Of a stretch of DNA of 64,000 nt, positions 9,133 to 16,669 are shown in pieces (positions within the stretch are counted from its first letter, which is position 1; each line of letters begins with the position of its first letter). Location: positions 248,001 to 312,000 of IMG/VR virus record IMGVR_UViG_3300010403_000705; one strand, written 5' to 3'. Position numbers and translations under genes: made by a program. Below the pieces are notes generated by a model. The model saw only the letters and a list, made by a program, of their open reading frames with translations, did not search any database and had not been told where the DNA came from.

Positions 9133-11301
9133 ATGAAGAATCAGCCGCTGCCGATCGATGCCTTCTTGCCTGTTATTCTCGAAAGCGTTTCTTCTAATCC
9201 AGTCACGATCATTGTTGCCGAAACTGGCGCTGGGAAAAGCACGCGGGTTCCGCGTGCCTTGCTGGAAGCTGGCAAAAAAGTAGTGGTCACCCAACCGCGT
9301 CGTCTGGCTGCCGAATTGGTGGCTGAAAGAGTGGCGGCAGAGCACGGGTCTCCCATCGGTTCTTCTGTGGGATACAGGTTGGGCGGCGGGGTGCGAGTTG
9401 ATAACTCCAAGACTCGATGTTTGTTCATCACAGAGGGTCTGGCTCTGGTGCGTGAGCTGATGTCTTCTCAGGACTCCCATCACTCCTATGATGTGCTGGT
9501 GCTCGACGAAGTGCACGAATGGCACGAAGACATGGAGATTCTGGTTGCCTGGTGCCGGCGCGCTCTGGCAAGCAATGCGAAGTTTCGGTTGGTGCTGATG
9601 AGTGCCACCCTGGAAGCGCACAAGCTTTCTGAATACTTCGACGGAGCACCCATCATCAATGTTCCTGGTCGTATTTTTCCCGTGACGGTACAGGAACCCG
9701 AGGCGATGATTGAGGGCGATCAGAACCTGTGGAATCCCATCGTGCGCGACGTGACGCGATTGGTACAGCAAGGACGCAATGTCTTGGTCTTCGTTCCCGG
9801 CAAGCCCGAGATCTCTCAAGTCTGTGAAATGCTCAAGTTTACTGGGGCGAACGTTTTCCCTCTGCACGGCGAATTGGATAAAACAGAACGGCAGAAGTGT
9901 TTTGCCAGCTACTCCCATCCCAAGGTGATCGTCTCGACCAACGTATCACAGACTAGCATCACCATCGATGATATTGATGCAGTGGTGGATTCCGGTCTGG
10001 AGCGACGGGTGGAAGTGGTCAATGGTGTAGAGGGTCTGCGGCTGCGGTTGATCTCCAAAGCAGATTCTGCCCAGCGCCGCGGGCGCGCCGGTCGTTGTCG
10101 GGCAGGTATCTATATCGATCACAGCGATAACGCTTTTCGCACCATGCCCGGCGTGGGTTTTCGAGAAGAGTTTCCCATCCCCGAGATCTCTCGCGTCTTG
10201 CTTGACCGTGCGGTTCTTCGTCTGGCAATGGCGGATCTGGATCTGGAAGCTCTGGATCTGTTTCATGGTGTTTCTACATCTGAGGTGCATCTTGCCAAGG
10301 AAGTGCTTCGTGCGCTGGGTTGCCTGGGTGAGGGAATCCAGGTCACAGAGATTGGGCGACGCGTCTATCAGCTTCCCATCGGCGTTCGCTCTGCGCGGAT
10401 GCTGATAGAGGCTGAGAAGCGAGGATGCCTGAGTGAGGTGATGACCATTGCCGCCATCATCGAAAGCGGCGGAATCGTTGACAATAAAAACATCAACGAA
10501 GCAACTGGCATTCCCATCTGGCGCAATTTGGGCAGTGATAGCACCAGCGATCATCTGACCATGCTGAGAATCTTTCAGCATGCCACGGCAGGAAAGACCC
10601 CGTGGCGACAGCTTGGTTTGCACGGCAAAGGAATGTCGCAAGCCATAGAGACGCGCAAGGCATTGGAGTCCGCCAGCAAGAGAATCCTTGCCAGCGATTC
10701 CCATCGCAAAGGTACAACGGAAGATATCATTAAGAGCGTTTTGAGCGGCTTGGTTGATCAATTCCGAGCACGAACCACCAATCGTTGGGGAGAGTACACC
10801 TACGGCACTGACTGCCGGAAGCTCGGACAGACCTCCAGCGTTGTTGCCAGCGCCCATCAGTTTGTGGTAGGCATGCCTTTTGATATCTCTACCAAGAAGG
10901 GTGGGATCTTGGGTCTGCTGCAATTCGCTTCTGGAGTGAAGGTAGAGTGGGTGTTGGAGCTTGCTCCACATCTCTTCAAGGTACAGCGCGAAGCGCCGAA
11001 GTACGATCCGAATCTGGATCAGGTTGCTCGCACTACTACTGTTAAGTTCAGGGATCGCGTGGTGGCTAGCTTTGCCGATCCTTGCAATGAAGGAGATACT
11101 CTGGCGCAATATCTCTCGGAAGTTGTCAGTTTCAGCGATGCCTATGGCTATGGTTTTTATAGTTTGCCCGAGGCGTACCGCCGTGCTCTTCGAACTTTGC
11201 AGGGTCGTCCACGTCAGGTAGTACACACCCATCTCCGAAGTGTTTTGAGTGGGGTAGGTCGCCTGGCGAATGTAACGCCTTCTAGTTTGATGATGCAATG
11301 A
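9133..11301 (+). CDS. DEAH-box (HrpA/HrpB-like) RNA helicase
   Basis: LPI start, AETGAGKST, TQPRRLAA, DEVH, MSAT, PLHG, STNVSQTSITIDD, QRRGRAGR, HA2-like region. Confidence 0.92.
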   Translation: MKNQPLPIDAFLPVILESVSSNPVTIIVAETGAGKSTRVPRALLEAGKKVVVTQPRRLAAELVAERVAAEHGSPIGSSVGYRLGGGVRVDNSKTRCLFITEGLALVRELMSSQDSHHSYDVLVLDEVHEWHEDMEILVAWCRRALASNAKFRLVLMSATLEAHKLSEYFDGAPIINVPGRIFPVTVQEPEAMIEGDQNLWNPIVRDVTRLVQQGRNVLVFVPGKPEISQVCEMLKFTGANVFPLHGELDKTERQKCFASYSHPKVIVSTNVSQTSITIDDIDAVVDSGLERRVEVVNGVEGLRLRLISKADSAQRRGRAGRCRAGIYIDHSDNAFRTMPGVGFREEFPIPEISRVLLDRAVLRLAMADLDLEALDLFHGVSTSEVHLAKEVLRALGCLGEGIQVTEIGRRVYQLPIGVRSARMLIEAEKRGCLSEVMTIAAIIESGGIVDNKNINEATGIPIWRNLGSDSTSDHLTMLRIFQHATAGKTPWRQLGLHGKGMSQAIETRKALESASKRILASDSHRKGTTEDIIKSVLSGLVDQFRARTTNRWGEYTYGTDCRKLGQTSSVVASAHQFVVGMPFDISTKKGGILGLLQFASGVKVEWVLELAPHLFKVQREAPKYDPNLDQVARTTTVKFRDRVVASFADPCNEGDTLAQYLSEVVSFSDAYGYGFYSLPEAYRRALRTLQGRPRQVVHTHLRSVLSGVGRLANVTPSSLMMQ

Positions 11302-11320
11302 GCAAAAAGGAAAGAGTGAT

Positions 11321-12097
11321 ATGACGCATAAGATAACTCAGATTCTCATTGATTCCAAGGGCATCCTTTCCCCTGACAATTGGAGACAAGGCTCTTACTT
11401 CAAAGCTGAATCCGATTCTCTTTGCATGTGCGCTCACGGCGCTGTGCAAGTCTTTGCAAACGAGCGAGTCTTTAGCATTGTCGCGCCGTTTCTGAAACAG
11501 TCTTCTACCCATCACTCATCGCCGTCGACAGTGGAACGAGCGGTGTTGATGGCAGAGGCGGCATCCGCAGCGGATAGTCCTGGAAAGGCGGCGTCGATGG
11601 CATGTGGCACCGCAAAGACGCCGATTGATGCGGCATCGTTGGCAGCGACGGCGGCATCACGGGTAGAGGCGTCACTGGCGGCGCGACGTGGGGCGGCGTC
11701 GGCGGTAGGAGCGGTGGACAGCGCCGTCGCTGCGGCGGCTTCCGTGGCGGTTACAGAAGCGTTGGCTTCAGCGGCGGGTTATGAGGCGGATGATGTTGGC
11801 GCCGCTGATGTGGCGTTTGCAGGAATTAAAGCATCGCACATGGGAGCGACGGCAGCATCAGAGGGTGCGCAGCATGCTGAAGATGCAGCAGTTACACCTA
11901 CGAACGCCAGCACTGACGCCTTTACAATGGCGTGGAATACCCGTTCTTCGTGGGTGAAAGGTAATCTAGAGGCTCACTATATCCTTGGAATGGTTGGTCT
12001 GACCACATCTTTTAATGATTCTGCCAAGAGTCTGCAAGAGGTGCTGGTCAAGTTTGACGAAGCCATTGCTTTGAGCAAGGTTCTTCTGCCTGAGTAA
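11321..12097 (+). CDS. hypothetical protein, paralog family A copy 2, with Ala-rich insert
   Basis: Conserved termini as in 6204 and 13066; GC-rich low-complexity centre. Confidence 0.8.
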   Translation: MTHKITQILIDSKGILSPDNWRQGSYFKAESDSLCMCAHGAVQVFANERVFSIVAPFLKQSSTHHSSPSTVERAVLMAEAASAADSPGKAASMACGTAKTPIDAASLAATAASRVEASLAARRGAASAVGAVDSAVAAAASVAVTEALASAAGYEADDVGAADVAFAGIKASHMGATAASEGAQHAEDAAVTPTNASTDAFTMAWNTRSSWVKGNLEAHYILGMVGLTTSFNDSAKSLQEVLVKFDEAIALSKVLLPE

Positions 12098-12824
12098 AGG
12101 ATTGTTGCCTATAAGCTCGTTACCCATCAGGGTCGCGAGCTTGTGGCATTGATCGGATAGCTGAGGCTTCCGGGATTCGATAGATTAGTAAGGGAGATCG
12201 TAGGTGGTGGTGTCCTACTGTTGCAATCATCAGCAAAACGTTGAAGGTGGCAATATAGGGAAGAATACATATCCTGACCGTTTGAATTACTCTATCGGAG
12301 TCGCTGTGGGTGAGGGCGTCTTAAATACTTACCCATCATGTGGGGACCCAATGTTAGGTTGGATCTGATGGATGCGTTGGTTGGGGCTGCCCATCAATTC
12401 TATCAAAAGGTTGGCTTAGAAGCAGCCATCCTCTAAGGAGTGCCGCCGTAGAAAGGAGCTGCCCGCCGAAAGGCTAACCCATCACTACCGCTATAAAGAG
12501 GTGATGGAGTACGGGGAGCAACGGTTAAAAAATACCTCCACAAATCAATAGATGAATCTAAAAGTAGTTTATTGAGGAATAGTGGTTGCGGATTCTGTGT
12601 AGCTTTGGCGTAACAGCACATTGATAGAGTTTTCTCTTAGGTTTTGGTATGTGTACCTTTTTAATCACTGCTAGGTATTATGCAACCTATATAAAAGCAT
12701 AACCCTGTTTGCTAAATTGCCTGTCTGACGCATTACGGGGTATAACTGACTGTGCCGACAACTACCCATCGTTAGAGTCCACCTTTGTCAATGAAGCGTG
12801 GTTAAGGGTAGAGCATTGACGCAA

Positions 12825-12912
12825 GGGCGAATGGCGAAACTGGTAGACGCAGTGGTTTCAAAAACCGCCGAGGTAAAATCTCGTGGGGGTTCGATTCCCC
12901 CTTTGCCCACCA
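12825..12912 (+). tRNA. tRNA-Leu(CAA)
   Basis: GGGCGAA/TTTGCCC acceptor, GTGGT-TTCAAAA-ACCGC anticodon arm, long V-arm, TTCGATT T-loop, encoded CCA. Confidence 0.9.
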
Positions 12913-12937
12913 TGGGATTACTTTGTAATTCCCATCT

Positions 12938-13040
12938 GTCGAGCAGTGGCGGAAACGGATAGACGCTAAGGCAGTATGGCTGAGCTTAGTGATGATAAAC
13001 TATCACTAAGCATGCTGGTTCAAGTCCAGCCCTCGACACC
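12938..13040 (+). ncRNA. aberrant tRNA-like RNA (Leu-type D/T arms, no canonical anticodon arm, 10-bp V-arm)
   Basis: GTCGAG/CTCGAC acceptor, TGGCGGAA..GGATAGACGC, GCTGG-TTCAAGT-CCAGC, GCTTAGTGAT/ATCACTAAGC stem. Confidence 0.6.
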
Positions 13041-13065
13041 GATAGATTCCAATCATGGGAAATAA

Positions 13066-13527
13066 ATGAAAATTTCAGAAAAACTGATTGAAGCAAAATC
13101 ATATTTAACTGAGGAGACATGGCTACAAGGTCGACTTTTTCTCATTGAATTTGACAGTGGTAATATTCGTTTATGTGCTCATGCCTCTTGCGCTGTTGCA
13201 AGTAATGAAGCGATAAAAGCGCACTATGATAAAGCATGTGCGATAGTGGCTGCAAAGCAATATGCCTATGCTGACATCAGCAAAGCTACCGAACTAGGTG
13301 AGCTAACTTTGCTGATTGTTGCGTCTGATAAAGGAAACCAGTTAGCCAAAGATGGTGTTATGGTGGCTTGGAAAAACCGCCCATCATGGCTTAATGAAAA
13401 TAATCAGGTAAGTTACGTAGCAGGCATGGCGGGACTAACCATCGATTACAATGACACACATAGTTTACCAGAAGTTCTAGCCAAGTTTGATGAAGCTATT
13501 GCTGTAGCGCAATCTCTGGGCATCTAG
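13066..13527 (+). CDS. hypothetical protein, paralog family A copy 3
   Basis: ETWLQG, LCAHA, Y.AGMAGLT..YND..L.EVL.KFDEAI. Confidence 0.8.
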   Translation: MKISEKLIEAKSYLTEETWLQGRLFLIEFDSGNIRLCAHASCAVASNEAIKAHYDKACAIVAAKQYAYADISKATELGELTLLIVASDKGNQLAKDGVMVAWKNRPSWLNENNQVSYVAGMAGLTIDYNDTHSLPEVLAKFDEAIAVAQSLGI

Positions 13528-13550
13528 CCTTTTCTCAAAGGAAAAATATT

Positions 13551-13841
13551 ATGTCATGGATCAGGTCATTTCGTTCCCATCGAGAAGCTTGTGACATGAG
13601 GGATGTGCTCACGAAGCATGGTTTTGGAAAACGAGAAGATTTCGATGTTGTGACATCCAAGACTGCTTCAAGACTTTTTGATCTCAGTTATAATCACACC
13701 GCTTTTATGGTGCGCCCATGCAACAAGGAAACACAAGATCTCAATAGCAAGTACCTTTTGCTAGCAGTGCAAGCCAGTAACTTCTTGCATGGCTGGATTG
13801 CCTGCACCAACACCAAGAAGCCGCGCCCGAAGGTATCGTAA
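13551..13841 (+). CDS. hypothetical protein
   Basis: AAGGA RBS; terminator hairpin at 13846-13878 follows. Confidence 0.7.
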   Translation: MSWIRSFRSHREACDMRDVLTKHGFGKREDFDVVTSKTASRLFDLSYNHTAFMVRPCNKETQDLNSKYLLLAVQASNFLHGWIACTNTKKPRPKVS

Positions 13842-13892
13842 CTGCAAGGTTGGAGGAGGGGTTCCCTCCTCCAACCTTTGCTATATGGCTTA

Positions 13893-13927
13893 TGGTACAA
13901 CTTTTGCATTATGCACAATGAATGCCA
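13893..13927. promoter_or_regulatory. 35-bp dyad sigma54-like element
   Basis: TGGTAC-aactt-TTGCA-tta-TGCA-N7-TGCCA after hairpin 13846-13878. Confidence 0.8.
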
Positions 13928-14002
13928 ACATAAAAGTTTATAGGGTTTGCACTTCCCATCAGCTTTTGTTTGGTGATATTGATCGAGGAGTGCCAGAGAA
14001 TT

Positions 14003-14323
14003 ATGTGTGAGTTTCAAGTTGCTCTAACGTTATCCCAGATTGACTCCCCAAACGATGATCGTCAGATCATCGCTGCATTGGTCAAAGCCGGGCGTTTCGT
14101 CATAGTAGCTGAATTTCCACGATACTGTCATCTGACCGATGCTCTTATTGGAAGCGGAAAGATGATGGTCTCCGATCATGCAACTCGCGAAGAAGCGCTA
14201 GCAGCAATGCCTGCTGACGAGGAAGAGTTGTATCATTATGTACTTCCCAAACCTCAGGCGAATAACGTCAAGGTGGTAAACGAGGAAAAACAATCATCCG
14301 TGGAAGATGAGATTCCTTTCTAA
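14003..14323 (+). CDS. hypothetical protein with acidic C-terminal EDEIPF tail
   Basis: GAGGAG upstream; SSB-like C-terminal tip. Confidence 0.7.
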   Translation: MCEFQVALTLSQIDSPNDDRQIIAALVKAGRFVIVAEFPRYCHLTDALIGSGKMMVSDHATREEALAAMPADEEELYHYVLPKPQANNVKVVNEEKQSSVEDEIPF

Positions 14324-14364
14324 AGACCCATCAAGATGAACATACGCAAAAGAAAGACCTGAAT

Positions 14365-14610
14365 ATGAATGTAGGTTTGTCCTACCGCGGCGCCGTCATC
14401 CTGGATATGCTTAAAGCGAAAAACGGCAAGGTGCTTTCCCATCGTGCCATTGGACGGCGGCTTTGGAAAACCGATGCTCCTGCATCGTGGACTACCATGA
14501 TTGCAATTGAGATTGGCAAGCTGCGACGGATTGATTCCAATCTGCGTCGTCAGATTGTCAATGTACATGGCAAGGGTTACATGTTTGGATGCACTGTGCT
14601 CCACAAGTAA
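14365..14610 (+). CDS. stand-alone OmpR/PhoB-type winged-helix DNA-binding protein
   Basis: IL.ML....GKVLS...I...LW...I.KLRR...I.NVHGKGY pattern of the Trans_reg_C domain. Confidence 0.75.
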   Translation: MNVGLSYRGAVILDMLKAKNGKVLSHRAIGRRLWKTDAPASWTTMIAIEIGKLRRIDSNLRRQIVNVHGKGYMFGCTVLHK

Positions 14611-14675
14611 CCCATCAATCACAGATACATCACATAGACAGCAGTAACCAACATCAAGAAAAGGGAGACCTGAAT

Positions 14676-15041
14676 ATGAAGACCTACAGCAATCGTGACG
14701 GCAAGGTGACTGAGACCCGTGAGAGCGCCATGCGAAGGATCAGCACGGGCGACACGACCGCAAACGATCTTTCCCATCCGAATCAGCATGTCCGTCGAGC
14801 GGCGTGGCTGGCGAGCGACGCTCAGTTGCCGGAAGAGCCTGTCGCGCTGAAGCATCTGTTCGCTTCGCTGTGCCCTGGGGCTTTCAACAGGGTTTGCGCT
14901 CTCAAGAACGAAGGCGTTTCGCATGAGCCTCAGGAGGGAACCGATATCCCCATCAGTCTGATCTACTACAACGCGGCGGGAAGTTCCAAGCTCGCGGCGG
15001 CGTTCGTGGAGAAGCTTCCCATCTTCTTCGATCAGATCTAA
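14676..15041 (+). CDS. hypothetical protein
   Basis: GGGAG RBS, GC-biased codons. Confidence 0.7.
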   Translation: MKTYSNRDGKVTETRESAMRRISTGDTTANDLSHPNQHVRRAAWLASDAQLPEEPVALKHLFASLCPGAFNRVCALKNEGVSHEPQEGTDIPISLIYYNAAGSSKLAAAFVEKLPIFFDQI

Positions 15042-15247
15042 AAATATGACGATGTGAGGCGTGGGAACTGAAAGATAGTAGTCAGGCACAATGACAGGTC
15101 ATAAGGAAGAATTAAAATTCTTCCTTATGACGCTTAGTGCCATGCGCTTATTCTGACCCTGTAATGACTACCATTGGAGCGCAGCGCCTTACATCACGAT
15201 TTAATCCCATCTTTTGAGATGGCTTGAGCAAGGGTTAAAGGTGACCT

Positions 15248-15493
15248 ATGATTCTCGTGTCAAACATTAGACAAGATCTTAATAACAGTGGGCTTAACAG
15301 CCAATTGTCAGATGCTGATCTTCTGGGTGTATACGAAAAACTGTTTGCCAAAGGATATGATTATCACAATCATATTCTTTATATCCTTGCAGAGCTTCGT
15401 GGTACATCTCAACGCGAATTGCAAGAGACAATAGACTGGTGTGGTCCTGGTAGCTCCGAGGATATGGCATACTTTGACAAGGTATGTCCGTAA
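15248..15493 (+). CDS. hypothetical protein
   Basis: AGGTG RBS, ORF. Confidence 0.6.
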   Translation: MILVSNIRQDLNNSGLNSQLSDADLLGVYEKLFAKGYDYHNHILYILAELRGTSQRELQETIDWCGPGSSEDMAYFDKVCP

Positions 15494-15866
15494 ACCTCAT
15501 CAAGCAATAAGCACCAAGAGATTGTCATGCCACATCAAAAAAGGATCCCAGGGATCCCATCGGATATATAAACCTATACGATACTTGCGAAATGCAGAAA
15601 GAAAAGGTTTAACATTATGTTCTTCACGTGATGTGAGCGCTAAACTCTGTCAATGGGCTTGGATTTAGCTTTATAGGTAGCTCTCAGTAAAAAGTGAGCT
15701 TAGGATACAAGCTACGTCTGGTAAGATTGACAGAGACTCTAAGAGGGCGGCGCTAACATAAAAAGCCCTGCTAGTTTGTATCACCCATCAAATTAGGAGA
15801 ATACCTAGGAGAATATCAGCCATCAATACGATGGCGCTAATCTCGGATTACCCTCTCACTTGGCGG

Positions 15867-15949
15867 CTGTAATTTGGGGGTTCGAATCCCTCTGTGCTTT
15901 AGGCATAGCTCAATCGGTAAGAGCAATCGCTTTTAAGCGATCATTACAG
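15867..15949 (+). ncRNA. circularly permuted tRNA-like module within a long ORF-free structured region
   Basis: Order T-arm, closed acceptor hairpin, D-arm, anticodon arm, enclosed by CTGTAAT/ATTACAG. Confidence 0.7.
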
Positions 15950-16669
15950 TGTACCTTGTGAGTAAGGCGAAACTATTAGCTCTCCTATCAAAGCTCCCAT
16001 CCAAACACAGGATAAATCAATCCAAGTGCAATTCCTGTTTCCTGTTTTTTTGGAACCGTAAAAACGGTATGATTTACTCCTGACATAATTGTACGCCCGA
16101 TTCACTAACTAGGGCTATAGATACCATAGGGATAACTTAACGCTCTCCCATCAGATCGTAGCGTTACACGGGATGCAAGAGGCTTGCTGGGCGGACAAGG
16201 ATCCATCCGCAATATTGAAGATGCTGAGCATGCCATATATCACCAGGGTTTCCGGCTCAATGGGTTTGGAAACACTTTGATAGATGCAGATCATGACTGA
16301 ATACTCATTCAATAAAACCACCTAACACTTGCTATAACACCCATCATATAAGGCGGGTTAGATAAAGCTGAGGAAACCGTTGGGAAGTTGAGTTTTGATC
16401 GAGACCTTATGATGATTGCGCCTCGCGCATGAGGGTTGGTAGGATACCCATCTATCTACCAAGGCAATGTAGATCAAGACAACCGATATACCACGTCTTG
16501 AAGAACGTGGATCGCCAACGGAGCATTAGGGCTACGCTCAGCGCCCGCCTAATGTTTAACTTGTGGTTAGTGTATAGTTAACAAGAGACCCTTGTATTGT
16601 ACCCATCAATCTTGTTGATTATGTACTGTTCACAAGCTCATTGAAAAGTTATCATATCGAGGTGATATC

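Noticed and set aside
9124-11298. Long minus-strand ORFs (264 and 450 aa)
   Set aside because: Antisense to the clear DEAH helicase
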